Under the pieces are notes generated by a model, which made no database searches, had not been told where the DNA came from, and saw only the letters and a list, made by a program, of their open reading frames with translations. From an uncultured bacterium (lineage in GTDB: Bacteria > Krumholzibacteriota > Krumholzibacteriia > LZORAL124-64-63), in NCBI GenBank assembly GCA_963732385.1, contig CAVSZB010000008.1:96001-160000 (forward strand): a stretch of 64,000 nt of DNA. Direction: 5' to 3'. The position numbers were made by a program, and so were the translations under genes. Below, piece after piece: positions 8,266 through 18,080 of this stretch. How positions within the stretch are numbered: the stretch's first letter is position 1; every line of letters starts with the position of its first letter.

Positions 8266-8637
8266 GTGAAGATCGGGCGGCGCGATGCGGGCGCTGTTTC
8301 CGTGCTCAGCCTCACCGGACGCCTCGCCGGCGAGCCTGATCACCGCGAACTCGACGCGCACATCGCCGCGCTGCTCGTCGAGGGGCGCCTCGACGTCCTC
8401 ATCAATCTGGCTGGACTGGCCTGGGTCAATTCCACCGGTCTCGGCGCCCTGGTGGCTGCATTCGACGCGGTGCGGCGCCGCGGCGGTCGCCTGAAGCTGT
8501 GCGCCGTCAGCGATCGCGTCGATGACGTGCTGGGGGGGTGCGGTCTCTACAGCATGTTCGATGTGCACCGCACGGAAGAGGCCGCGCTGGCCTCCTTTCT
8601 GTCGCCCGGCGAGGTGTCGGGCGGCAACCGGCCCTGA
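8266..8637 (+). CDS. Second STAS anti-sigma-factor antagonist (paralogue)
   Basis: LAWVNSTGLGALV, LKLCAVSDRV; colinear with the 7819 protein. Confidence 0.85.
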   Translation: MKIGRRDAGAVSVLSLTGRLAGEPDHRELDAHIAALLVEGRLDVLINLAGLAWVNSTGLGALVAAFDAVRRRGGRLKLCAVSDRVDDVLGGCGLYSMFDVHRTEEAALASFLSPGEVSGGNRP

Positions 8638-8753
8638 TCTCCAGCCGCCTCCGGTCCTGCCCCCCCCTGTCCGGGCTCAAGTTTTCGGCGTCCGGCGCCG
8701 ATTCTCTACTCAGACCTCCGCTGGTCGCGGGGTCGAGGCGAGGAGGCTCCGGC

Positions 8754-9233
8754 ATGTCGAGTCATTTCCCGGCCACGCAAGGCCACGCGGTCACCATGTG
8801 TCGTCATCCCGCGCTGACCGTCGACGCGGTTGTGCTGAGGCCGCGTCCGCCGGAGTCGGGTCGCGCGGAGTTCGAACTGCTGCTCGTGCGGCGGGGCCGC
8901 GACCCGTTCCGGGGCTGCTGGGCCTTTCCCGGCGGATTCGTCGACTATGGCGAGGATCCGGGCGCGGCGGTGCGGCGCGAGGTGGAGGAGGAGTCCGGTC
9001 TGACCGGCCTGCCGCTGCGCCAGTACCAGGTCTATGGCGATCCCCGGCGCGATCCGCGCGGCCACACCGTGACGCTGGTCTATGTGGCCGAACTCGGCGC
9101 GGATCAGGTCCACCAGACGCCGTGCGCCGGCGATGACGCCGACGAGGCCGCCTGGTTTCCGGTCGACGCGCTGCCCGAACTGGCGTTCGATCATCGCGCC
9201 ATCCTCGATGATGTGCTGGAGATGCGCGGCTAG
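8754..9233 (+). CDS. NUDIX hydrolase (NrtR/ADP-ribose pyrophosphatase-like)
   Basis: PGGFVDYGEDPGAAVRREVEEESGL Nudix box, RDPRG, LAFDH; start at 8754 or 8796. Confidence 0.9.
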   Translation: MSSHFPATQGHAVTMCRHPALTVDAVVLRPRPPESGRAEFELLLVRRGRDPFRGCWAFPGGFVDYGEDPGAAVRREVEEESGLTGLPLRQYQVYGDPRRDPRGHTVTLVYVAELGADQVHQTPCAGDDADEAAWFPVDALPELAFDHRAILDDVLEMRG

Positions 9234-9249
9234 CGTCGCCGGCGTCCCT

Positions 9250-9474
9250 TCAGAAAATACTGCGCAGCATGAGTGCCCCGCCCAGCATCGCCAGCGGGAT
9301 GCCCAGCGGCAGTCCCACCAGCGTGAAGCAAAGCACGGTTCCGGTGATCATCAGCGCGAAGCCGAGAATGGCGCCGGCCAGACGTCCGGTCAGTTTGAGC
9401 ACGAACGCCAGCAGGTCCCAGATCGCCACGAGCGGCCAGAGGATCCAGGGATAGTCGCGGGGTCTCGGGGTCAC
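9250..9474 (-). CDS. Small hydrophobic membrane protein
   Basis: 74 aa, almost entirely hydrophobic; GGAGG RBS on the minus strand. Confidence 0.7.
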   Translation of the reverse strand: MTPRPRDYPWILWPLVAIWDLLAFVLKLTGRLAGAILGFALMITGTVLCFTLVGLPLGIPLAMLGGALMLRSIF

Positions 9475-9714
9475 GTCGGGCCTCCGGGGAATGAGCCTGT
9501 CCGCAGTCGTGGCGGGGTCGACAGGCGGCCGATTTCGCCGTTGCGCGGCCCGGGGAATGTCATTAGGTTCCCCCCTGCCGGGATGTGCGTCCGCGCGCGA
9601 TCGGCCGGCCAGCCCACATCAACCCTACACTAGCACGCGCGGCGCCGAGAGCGGGAGTCCGTTCCGACGTCCCGGCGGCGCGGCAACGCGTCCGCCCTGC
9701 CACGGGAGATCGCC

Positions 9715-10836
9715 TTGACCAAGCCTCCGGCCCTCACCTCCGAGGCGGTACTCGCCGCCCTGCGCGGCGTTGTCTGCCCTGGGATCACGAAGGATATCGT
9801 CACCATCCGGCTCATCGGCGACATCGCCGTCGAGAACGACCGCGTCTCGGTCGCCGTGGTGCACACGAGCGAGAAGCCTCAGCTCATCGCCGAAGTGCGG
9901 GCGCTCGTGGAACAGCAGGTGCGTTCGCTGCCGGGAGCGCGGGAAGTCATCGTCACCGTGACCGGCCCGGGCGCGGAGGCCGCGCACGGGCACGACCACG
10001 GCCATGAACATGACCATGCCCACGGACACAGCCACGGTGCGCGTCCCGCCGCGGCCGGACCCGATCCGTGGGCCGAGCGCGCGGCGCTGCCGGGGGTCAG
10101 GCACATCTGCATGGTGGCCAGCGCGAAGGGGGGCGTGGGCAAGTCGTCGGTGGCGGTGAATCTGGCGCTGGCCCTGCAGGAGCTGGGCCACCGCACCGGT
10201 CTGCTCGACGCCGACATCTACGGCCCGTCGATTCCCGCCATGCTCGGCACGCGCGAAGTTCCCATGGTCGAGGGGGAGGAGGAGACCATCATCCCGATCC
10301 GTGCCCACGGCCTGCAGGTGATGTCGATCGGCCTGCTGGTGCCGCCCGAGAAGGCGATGATCTGGCGCGGTCCGATGGTCTTCAGCGCGGTGCGCAAATT
10401 CCTCAAGGACGTGCGCTGGGACAACCTCGACTGGCTGGTCGTCGACATGCCGCCCGGCACCGGCGACGCGCAGCTGACCTTGGTTCAGCAGGTGCCGGTG
10501 GACGGTGTGGTGATCGTGACCACGCCGCAGGAGATCGCGCTGGCCGACGTGCGGCGCGGCATCCGGATGTTCCGCGAGGTGGACGTGCCGGTCTTCGGCG
10601 TGGTCGAGAACATGAGTCACTTCGCCTGTCCGCACTGCGGCGAGCGCAGCGACATCTTCGGACAGGGCGGCGGCGAGCGGACAGCCGCGGAGTTCGGCGT
10701 GCCGTTCCTGGGCGGGATCCCGATCGACCCGACGATCCGCGTCGGCGGTGACGAGGGGCGGCCCGCGATGACGGACCCGGCGAGTCCCTCGCGCGCGGCG
10801 TTCCTGGCTGTGGCGCGCCGGATCAGCGGGGACTAG
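9715..10836 (+). CDS. mrp: Mrp/NBP35 (ApbC) Fe-S carrier ATPase with N-terminal DUF59-like domain and His-rich linker
   Basis: SAKGGVGKS, DADIYGPS, IWRGPM, DMPPGTGD, ENMS..CPHC. Confidence 0.92.
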   Translation: MTKPPALTSEAVLAALRGVVCPGITKDIVTIRLIGDIAVENDRVSVAVVHTSEKPQLIAEVRALVEQQVRSLPGAREVIVTVTGPGAEAAHGHDHGHEHDHAHGHSHGARPAAAGPDPWAERAALPGVRHICMVASAKGGVGKSSVAVNLALALQELGHRTGLLDADIYGPSIPAMLGTREVPMVEGEEETIIPIRAHGLQVMSIGLLVPPEKAMIWRGPMVFSAVRKFLKDVRWDNLDWLVVDMPPGTGDAQLTLVQQVPVDGVVIVTTPQEIALADVRRGIRMFREVDVPVFGVVENMSHFACPHCGERSDIFGQGGGERTAAEFGVPFLGGIPIDPTIRVGGDEGRPAMTDPASPSRAAFLAVARRISGD

Positions 10837-10884
10837 AGACGACCTTTCCCGGCGGCGTCCGTCCGCGGAGCGGGGGAGAACCCG

Positions 10885-12090
10885 ATGGTGGACAGGGCCC
10901 TGTTCGCCTGCCTCGTGCTCACGGCGTTGACGGCGACCGTATCGGTGGCGGCCAGCCAGATCGCGCTCGGGCTCACGCTTCTGCTCGCGTTGTGGTTGCT
11001 CGCGCGGCGCCGCGGCGCGTCGGTCCGCACCGGCCTCGAACTGCCGGCCGCCCTCTTCGTCGGCTGGGCGCTCCTGATGATCCCCTGCTCCGGAGATCGG
11101 GCGCAGAGCCTCCTCTTCGCGCGTCGTTTCTGGCTCCTCGCGGCCGTGTGGCTCTTCGCCACGCACGGCCGCGCCGGTCGTCGCCGTGCCTGCCTGGCCG
11201 GGGCCTTCCTCGCCGGCGCGGTGCTCGCCGCGCTCTACGGCCTGCGCGGCGGCGGCGCCGCCGCCGCCGATCTCACGATCGGGCACCGTCTGACGCTGGC
11301 CCAGGGCTACATGACCGGTGGCGGTCTGATGATGATCGCGGCGCTGGTGGCGGTGGCGGTCGTGGTGGCCGGACCGCGTGGCCGCGCGCGCGTCCTGGGC
11401 GTCGCGGCGCTCGCGCCGCTGCTGCTCGCCCTCGTGCTGACCATGACCCGCGGCGCCTGGCTCGGCTGGCTCGCCGGCGCCGCCGTCGTTCTGGCCCTGC
11501 GCCGCGCCCGCTGGCTGATACCGCTCGTCGTCGTCGTCGCCGCACTGGTGGCGCTCGCGCCGGCGTCGGCGCGCGACCGGTTCCTCTCGTCGTTCGATCC
11601 GCGTCACGAACGCAATACCGAGCGCGAGACCATGTGGCGCACCGGCTGGCGCATGATGCTCGACCACCCTCTCACCGGGGTCGGCGATCGCGACCTGAAG
11701 CAGGTCTACGCGCAGTACCACCAGGGCGAAGCGGTGGAGATCCAGGGACACCTGCACAGCAACCTGGTCCAGTTCGGCGCCGTCTGGGGCGTGCCGGGCC
11801 TGCTGCTGGGCGTTGCGTTCCTCTTGTCGATACCGCTCCTGCTTTGGCGTCGGCGCCGCGCCTGGCGGGCTCTGGGCGCGGCTGCGCCGCCCGGCGCGGA
11901 GGCGTGGACCCTCGCCGCGATTGCGGTCTGGACCGGTTTCAACGTGATGGGGCTGTTCGAGTGGACCTTCGGCGATGCGGAAATGGCGCTCGCCTTCTTC
12001 ATCGTGGTGGGAATGGGTCTGCAGCCGGCGCGGATCCTGCCCTTCGCCGACGGCCCCGGGCGCGTCAGTCGGAATACCCCAATTCCCTGA
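10885..12090 (+). CDS. O-antigen ligase family (Wzy_C) membrane protein
   Basis: Many TM helices, TMTRGAWLG, R..MW...DHPLTGVG, HLHSN. Confidence 0.85.
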   Translation: MVDRALFACLVLTALTATVSVAASQIALGLTLLLALWLLARRRGASVRTGLELPAALFVGWALLMIPCSGDRAQSLLFARRFWLLAAVWLFATHGRAGRRRACLAGAFLAGAVLAALYGLRGGGAAAADLTIGHRLTLAQGYMTGGGLMMIAALVAVAVVVAGPRGRARVLGVAALAPLLLALVLTMTRGAWLGWLAGAAVVLALRRARWLIPLVVVVAALVALAPASARDRFLSSFDPRHERNTERETMWRTGWRMMLDHPLTGVGDRDLKQVYAQYHQGEAVEIQGHLHSNLVQFGAVWGVPGLLLGVAFLLSIPLLLWRRRRAWRALGAAAPPGAEAWTLAAIAVWTGFNVMGLFEWTFGDAEMALAFFIVVGMGLQPARILPFADGPGRVSRNTPIP

Positions 12091-13585
12091 GCTGACGCCG
12101 CACCTTGTCCGCCACGTCCTCCCACTCCCCGGAACCCGGCGCTCCCCCCCGGTTCGCGGACCGGTTCAGCACCTCGGCGGCCGCCAGCAGTTCGCCCGCG
12201 ATTGTGGTGCGCTCGCTTTTCAGGTCGCGGGTCTCGCCCGGATCGGTCGCGAGGTCGAACAGCGCCAGAGGCTGGCCGTCGCGGGTGGCGATCAGCTTCC
12301 AGGGGCCGCGGCGGGCGGCGATCAGGTCGGGGCCGTAGGAGATTTCCTCGGCGAGAACGAGACGGCCCGGGTCGGGGGCGGCGCGGCCGGCGGCAAGCGG
12401 GGCGAGGGAGCGGCCGGCCAGCGCGGGTATGGCAGCCGGCAGGGGCAGCGGCGCGACGCCGAGCCAGTCGCATAACGTGGGGGCGACGTCGCATAGCGAC
12501 ACCGGTGTTTCCACGCGCGCGCCGGGAATGACGCCGGGGCCGGCGGCGAGCCACGGCACGTGCAGCACCTCCTGGAACTGCGTGTGGCCGTGGCCGATGC
12601 CGTGCAGGCCGCGGGGGTCGTGGTTCCAGCGGCGCGACGGTTCGAGGTGCTCGAGGAATTCCTCGCCGTGGTCTGAGTAGGCCGTGACCAGGGTGTTGCG
12701 GTCGAGGCCCCAGGCGGTGAGCTGGTCGATGGCGCCGCCAACCGCGTCGTCGGAGGCGACGACGCAGGCGTCGTAGAGGGCGAGTTTCAGGGCGAGGTCG
12801 GCGCGGACGGTTTCGTCAAGCGGAGTGGAGCAGAGGCCGAGGTGCGCAACGCCGCGAGCGGGGTCGCCCCAGCGGGCGAGGGCGCGCAGGCGGTCTCGCG
12901 TGGGGGTGGGCGGCCCTCCCGCCGCGCGGTAACCGGGGTCGGCCAGGCGTGGCGCGAGTCCGGCCCGCGACGGTGTGGTCGGTTCGTGGGGGTCGTTCAG
13001 CAGTACGAAACAGAAGAACGGCCGGTCGGCGTGGCGGCGGATCCACTCCAGGGCGAGGAATGTCACCTCGTGGGCCGGCAGATTGTGGTAGTGAGACTCC
13101 GCGAACGTCTCGGCCAAACCGAAACCGACGAACGGATTGGCGTAGAAGGCGGCCGTGCGGTAGCCCTGCCTCCCGAGGTGGGTGGCGAGGGTGACCGGGG
13201 CGCCGCCGTAGCGGCGGGGGGGCTCGCGGTCCAGGTTGCGCAGGGGACCGTCCAGACCGGCCCCGTGCAGCACCGGCATCACGCCGGTGAGCGAACTGGT
13301 GAACGATGGCAGGGTCCAGGGGGCCGGCGCGGTGACGTCGGCGAACTGCACGCCACGCGCGGCAAGGGCGTCGAGCGCGGGGGTGAGCCGGCGCGAACAG
13401 CCGGCGAGGCCGAGGCGGTCATTGCGCAGGGTGTCGATCGCCACCACGAGCAGGTTGGGAGGACCGGGACGGTCCTCACACACACGCGTCGGCAACAGCC
13501 ACCGACGGCCGTGGATGACGCGGCGTCGGGTCGCGGCCGCCAGTCGTTTCAGCCCGCCGCGCGCGGGAAACGGGTCGAACGGCAT
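12065..13585 (-). CDS. Sulfatase-like alkaline-phosphatase-superfamily hydrolase/transferase
   Basis: IDTLRND, APWTLPS, DPHEP, SDHGEEF, HVPW, LFDLATDPGE, LRELGY; start uncertain. Confidence 0.85.
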   Translation of the reverse strand: MPFDPFPARGGLKRLAAATRRRVIHGRRWLLPTRVCEDRPGPPNLLVVAIDTLRNDRLGLAGCSRRLTPALDALAARGVQFADVTAPAPWTLPSFTSSLTGVMPVLHGAGLDGPLRNLDREPPRRYGGAPVTLATHLGRQGYRTAAFYANPFVGFGLAETFAESHYHNLPAHEVTFLALEWIRRHADRPFFCFVLLNDPHEPTTPSRAGLAPRLADPGYRAAGGPPTPTRDRLRALARWGDPARGVAHLGLCSTPLDETVRADLALKLALYDACVVASDDAVGGAIDQLTAWGLDRNTLVTAYSDHGEEFLEHLEPSRRWNHDPRGLHGIGHGHTQFQEVLHVPWLAAGPGVIPGARVETPVSLCDVAPTLCDWLGVAPLPLPAAIPALAGRSLAPLAAGRAAPDPGRLVLAEEISYGPDLIAARRGPWKLIATRDGQPLALFDLATDPGETRDLKSERTTIAGELLAAAEVLNRSANRGGAPGSGEWEDVADKVRRQLRELGYSD

Positions 13586-13598
13586 CCGGCCTCCGGAC

Positions 13599-14684
13599 TC
13601 AGGACGGGATGCGCAACTCCGCATCGATCCGCTTCGCCAGCGCGGTCACGTCCTCCGTCGACAAGGTCGTCTTTTTTCGGCGATCTACCAGCGATTGGAT
13701 GAGGCGCTTGGAGTCGACGCGGACAGCGGTGATGCCCGGCTTGAACTCCTTCCAGGCGCGCTCCTCGGCGTTCTTGAGCAGCGTGTCGGCGTCGCGAATG
13801 GAGGCCAGCGCGATGCCGCCCAGATCCCGCTCCAGGGAGTCATACGCCTTGGCCAGGTACCAGCTGCTCTCCGCCAGGTAGGTGCCGACGTTCAGGTGCG
13901 AAATATAGTTGGCGGCGTTCCGGAGCAGCCGGCGCGCCTCGCCGGAACGACCCTGCTCCAGGAGCACGAGCGCTTCCTGGTAGGCGCCGAAAGAGCGCTG
14001 GATGGGGCCGTCGACGTTCGGCAGGGCGACCGCGGCCCGCAGCTGGTCGCAGGCGGCGAGGCACTCGTCACGTTTGCCGTCGCGCTGCAGCCGCATGACG
14101 ACGTCGGTCATGGCGTTGAGGTCGTGCAGTGGATAGAGGAAACGATATTTCTCGAGGTCGAGCTGCAGACGCAAAAACGCCGTCACCGGATCCCCCCGGT
14201 CCCCCTGCTCCATCTGCTGGCGGAACTCGTATATGTCGTCCGTGAGGAGGGAGCTCGGGTTGTTCTGGCGGATCAACTCGTAGAGGATCTGGCAGTTCGT
14301 GCGATCCAGTTCGATGTCGGAGCGATCGTTCTCGGCGATCGAGATGCGCAGGTGGTCCACCCAGACATACAGGGTGTTGCCCACGCGGCGCGCGTAGCGC
14401 AGGGACATGACGCCGCTCGTCCGCGCCGCTTCCGTGACCTCGAGCAGCTGGCCGATCTCCCGGGGGACGCCGGGCGGACGCCCGCGTGAGGGGCCGGCCT
14501 GCGGTTCCGCGCGGGACGCCTCGGGGACCGGCTTGATCGGCCCGGGGGACTGGGCGACGGCAGGAATCGTCTGCCCGACGCCGGCCGCGATGACGACCGC
14601 CGCGGCGGCGGGGACGAACCTGCGGATCGGACGACCGGCCCGGATCTGGCGCCGGATCTTGCTCATGGCCGCTCGGATTCGCAT
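13599..14684 (-). CDS. Hypothetical exported helical protein
   Basis: Signal-peptide-like segment (RRFVPAAAAVVIAAGVG), helical composition, host-like codon use; start uncertain (14684/14666). Confidence 0.65.
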   Translation of the reverse strand: MRIRAAMSKIRRQIRAGRPIRRFVPAAAAVVIAAGVGQTIPAVAQSPGPIKPVPEASRAEPQAGPSRGRPPGVPREIGQLLEVTEAARTSGVMSLRYARRVGNTLYVWVDHLRISIAENDRSDIELDRTNCQILYELIRQNNPSSLLTDDIYEFRQQMEQGDRGDPVTAFLRLQLDLEKYRFLYPLHDLNAMTDVVMRLQRDGKRDECLAACDQLRAAVALPNVDGPIQRSFGAYQEALVLLEQGRSGEARRLLRNAANYISHLNVGTYLAESSWYLAKAYDSLERDLGGIALASIRDADTLLKNAEERAWKEFKPGITAVRVDSKRLIQSLVDRRKKTTLSTEDVTALAKRIDAELRIPS

Positions 14685-14710
14685 CGCTGACCTCCCGGAA
14701 CGGTATTCTC

Positions 14711-14739
14711 TTGATAACCGGGACATTCTGGTCTAATGT
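14711..14739 (+). promoter_or_regulatory. Sigma70-type promoter for the 14801-25119 operon
   Basis: TTGATA (14711-14716), 17-nt spacer, TAATGT (14734-14739). Confidence 0.5.
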
Positions 14740-14800
14740 GGCCCGATTACACTGCATCCTCCCCCGCGCTCCCATTGTATTCTGAAGGGAGAGTCCGTAG

Positions 14801-17158
14801 ATGTCCACAGCTTCCCGCTGCATGCGCCCGGCGGAGGGTCTGCTTGCCGCTCTGGTCCTGTTCGCGCTCGGCGCGAACCCGGCCGTGGCGGCAGTCGCCG
14901 ACCATCTGCTGCTGTCTGAGTTGGTCGTCCAGACACGCGCCGAGATTCCCGCGACGAAGTACATCGAACTGGTCAACCCGACGGCGTCGGCCATCGACCT
15001 CTCGACTGTCTACGTCACGGACGCGACCATCAGCACCACTCCCGCCTACTACTACAACCTCGTCAAACTCGGGGGGCTCGGAGGTGGTGGCGCCAGCGGG
15101 GACTTCCTTGCCCGATTCCCGAACGGGGCTTCAATCGCCGCCGGCGATACGATCGCGGTGGCGATCACCGGCAGCGGGGACTTCCAGACGGCCTACGGCC
15201 ATCTCCCCGATTACGAATTGTACGAGGAGGGGCTCGCGCCGGACAGCGTGCCTGAAATGGTCGAGGCGTTTCCCGGCAGCATCGGACGCGGCCTCGGCAG
15301 CAGCGGTACGAACGTGCCCGATCTGGCGTCGGTCGGCGAGTCGGTCGTTCTGTTCAGCTGGAACGGCCTGACCGACCTGGTGCAGGACCTGGACTACGCC
15401 TTGTGGGGCACTTCGTCATTGTACCGCGTGAGCAAGACCGGGGTGAGGATCGACGGTCCCGACGCCGGCTCCGATTCGACGACCTATCTGGCCGACACCG
15501 AGGTCACGTTGCAGAAGGCCATCGCCACGACGGTGCATGCGTTCGGAAACTCGTTCCAGCGCCTGTCGACCGACGAAGGGACCGAGGCCGCCACCGGCGG
15601 CAACGGCCTGACGGGCCACAACGAGATGAACGAGCAGCTCAACCTGACCTGGCGCGCGAACGCGGAAGACACGCCCGCGGCGGCGCCGCTCGTGGTCACG
15701 CCGCCGGCGCCGATCATCAGCGCCGTCGCGATGCAGCCGTCCGCGCCCGTGGCGGATCAGGCGACCACCGTCACCGCGACCGTGCTCGCGTTCGACAGCG
15801 TGAGCGCCGTGTCCGTATTCTGGAGCGACAACGGCACCACCTGGACCGAGGCGTCGTGCACGAGCACCGGCCTCAACACCTGGGCCGGCCAGATCCCGGC
15901 GCGCCCGCTCGACACGGTCGTGCTCTGGTACGTGCGCGCCACCGCCACCGGCGGCGGCCTCGCCACGAAGCCGGTCGCGGCGCCGAACTATTTCCAGACA
16001 TACACGGTTGCCGCGGCCCCCGAGCCGACCGATTACCCGCCGTTGCTGTTGATCACCGAGGTGTGCGTGCTTGGCTCGGAGAACGAGTTCGTGGAGATCG
16101 CCAATCCCACCGGCGCGGCGGTCGATCTGAGCAACTACTACCTGACCGACGCCATCTACTCCGGCCAGTACTACTGGAACATCGTCCTGCCCAACCCGGA
16201 CCAGACCACGGTGGGCGGCGGGGCGTTCACCGACTTCCATGCCCGCTTCCCGGCCGGCGCGACCATTGCCGCCGGCGATACGATCACGGTCAGTGTGGCG
16301 GGCAGCGACGCCTTCCTCGGCGCCTGGGGCATCCCGCCCGACTACGAGTTGTTCGAGGACGGCTCCGGCCCGGACGACGTGCCTGACATGCGCGAGGTCT
16401 TCCCGGGCAGTATCAACGGCTCATCGCTCCCCTCGCTCACCAACACCGGCGAGACCATGGTGCTCTACTACTGGAATGGCGCTACCGACCTGGTGACCGA
16501 CATCGACCTCTTCACCTGGGGCGCCGGCGGCTCGTATCTCTTCAGCAAGACAGGCGTCAGCATGGACGGCCCGGACGCCGACACGGTGCCGACGGCGTAC
16601 CAGGCCGATACCCCCACGGGCTCGCAGCAGTTGTTCACCACGGCGCATGCCTTCGGCGAATCCTACCAGCGGGTCGACGGTAACGAGGGAACCGAGGTCA
16701 AGACCGGCGGCAACGGCACGCTGGGGCACAACGAGACGAGCGAGAACCTCATGACGACCTTCCATATGGCTGTGGCCACCCCATCGCCGCCGGGCAGCAG
16801 CGAACCGGGCGGCGTCACCGGGGAGATCGCCATCGAGGTGCCTGCGCGCACCTTCCTGCCGTTGCTGGGCGAATCGTTCCCGATCCGCTTCCGTTCGCTG
16901 CGTGGGGCGCACACCGAGTTGCGGATCTACGACCTGACCGGGCGGCTCGTGCTGACGCTGTTCGACAGCCGCTTTGACGGCGCGGCTGCCTCCTCGTCCG
17001 GCCAGTGGACCCGGCGCGACTGGAACGGTCGTGACCGCCAGTTCGAACTGCTGCCCGCCGGCCTCTACGTGGTCCACCTGTCCGCCGTCGATCCGAAGAC
17101 CGGCAACGAAGAGACCAAGACGGCGCCCGTGGTTATGGCCACGCGGCTGAGCAAGTGA
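14801..17158 (+). CDS. Secreted protein with two lamin-tail-domain (LTD)-like repeats and a C-terminal FlgD-Ig/T9SS-like sorting domain
   Basis: Signal peptide; repeats LLLSELVV..YIELVNPT..DLS and LLITEVCV..FVEIANPT..DLS; C-terminal LRIYDLTGRLVLTL...WNGRD..LPAGLYVV. Confidence 0.8.
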   Translation: MSTASRCMRPAEGLLAALVLFALGANPAVAAVADHLLLSELVVQTRAEIPATKYIELVNPTASAIDLSTVYVTDATISTTPAYYYNLVKLGGLGGGGASGDFLARFPNGASIAAGDTIAVAITGSGDFQTAYGHLPDYELYEEGLAPDSVPEMVEAFPGSIGRGLGSSGTNVPDLASVGESVVLFSWNGLTDLVQDLDYALWGTSSLYRVSKTGVRIDGPDAGSDSTTYLADTEVTLQKAIATTVHAFGNSFQRLSTDEGTEAATGGNGLTGHNEMNEQLNLTWRANAEDTPAAAPLVVTPPAPIISAVAMQPSAPVADQATTVTATVLAFDSVSAVSVFWSDNGTTWTEASCTSTGLNTWAGQIPARPLDTVVLWYVRATATGGGLATKPVAAPNYFQTYTVAAAPEPTDYPPLLLITEVCVLGSENEFVEIANPTGAAVDLSNYYLTDAIYSGQYYWNIVLPNPDQTTVGGGAFTDFHARFPAGATIAAGDTITVSVAGSDAFLGAWGIPPDYELFEDGSGPDDVPDMREVFPGSINGSSLPSLTNTGETMVLYYWNGATDLVTDIDLFTWGAGGSYLFSKTGVSMDGPDADTVPTAYQADTPTGSQQLFTTAHAFGESYQRVDGNEGTEVKTGGNGTLGHNETSENLMTTFHMAVATPSPPGSSEPGGVTGEIAIEVPARTFLPLLGESFPIRFRSLRGAHTELRIYDLTGRLVLTLFDSRFDGAAASSSGQWTRRDWNGRDRQFELLPAGLYVVHLSAVDPKTGNEETKTAPVVMATRLSK

Positions 17159-17169
17159 GAGGGGAAGCG

Positions 17170-18080
17170 ATGATCAGGAACTGGACGGGACCGCTGCTCG
17201 CCCTCGCGCTGTGTCTCTGCGCGCTGCCGGCCGCCGCGAGTTTCGACAATGTCTCCGTCAGCCCGCGCGCCCGTGCCATGGGCGAGGCCGGCGTTGCGCT
17301 GGCGGACGATGCCTTCGCGCCCTACTTCAACCCGGCCGGCCTGGCGATCCTCGCCGAACCGACCGCGGGAGCCAGCTATATCCGGCCGTTCGCCCTGTCG
17401 TTCGCCGACTTCGTCTACTTCGGCGGCGCCGTCCCCCTGGGGGGCGCGCCGGCGTGGTGGGCGTGGGGCTGCGGCGCTTCGGTGTGGAGTACGGCGGCGT
17501 GGACCTGCTCCGTGAGACCACGCTGACGCTGGCGCACGGCCTGCGCGTCTACGAGGACCTGCACTCGACCCTGCGCGCCGGCTATGCGCTCAACGTGTAC
17601 AACCTGAAGTTCGGCCCGACCGTCGGCGAGGACGGCGCGGGCACCAACGGGCTCGACCCCGGCAGCGACACCGTGGTCGGTCTCGACGCCGGCCTGCTGG
17701 TGACCGTGCACGAGCGCACGCGCCTGGGCGTCATGGTGAAGAACCTGAACAACCCGCAGATCGGCCTCGACAACGAGGAGATCGGCCGGCGCCTCCAGGG
17801 CGGCGTGGCCTATGCGCCGTACGCGGGGGTCTGGACGACCTTCGAGTTCGAGAACGTCCTGGGCCAGGACGTGATCTACCACGGTGGCGTCGAGGTGCTC
17901 ATGGACTACGGCCTGGCGCTGCGCATGGGCGTCCTCTCGAACCCCGACAAGCTGACCGCCGGCTTCGGCTACCGCTGGCGCAGCCTCGGCGTCGACTATG
18001 GCTATTCCACCGGGGGCGGCACCCTCGACGGCAGCCATCAGTTCGGGCTGACCTGGGCCCTGGGCGGTGAGGCCAAGTGA
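17170..18080 (+). CDS. PorV/PorQ-like outer-membrane beta-barrel, frameshifted at the G6 run 17439-17444
   Basis: N-part SPRARAMGEAGVALADD..YFNPAGLA; continues in the -1 frame to VDYGYS...SHQFGLTW; one extra G joins the frames. Confidence 0.8.

Noticed and set aside
9625..11757. Long antisense and alternative-frame ORFs (e.g. 9625-11757, 18038-20071, 31335-33413, 37222-39723, 48440-50698, 60632-63595)
   Set aside because: They shadow well-supported genes, are Arg/Gly/Ala/Pro-rich without motifs, and are expected in high-GC DNA
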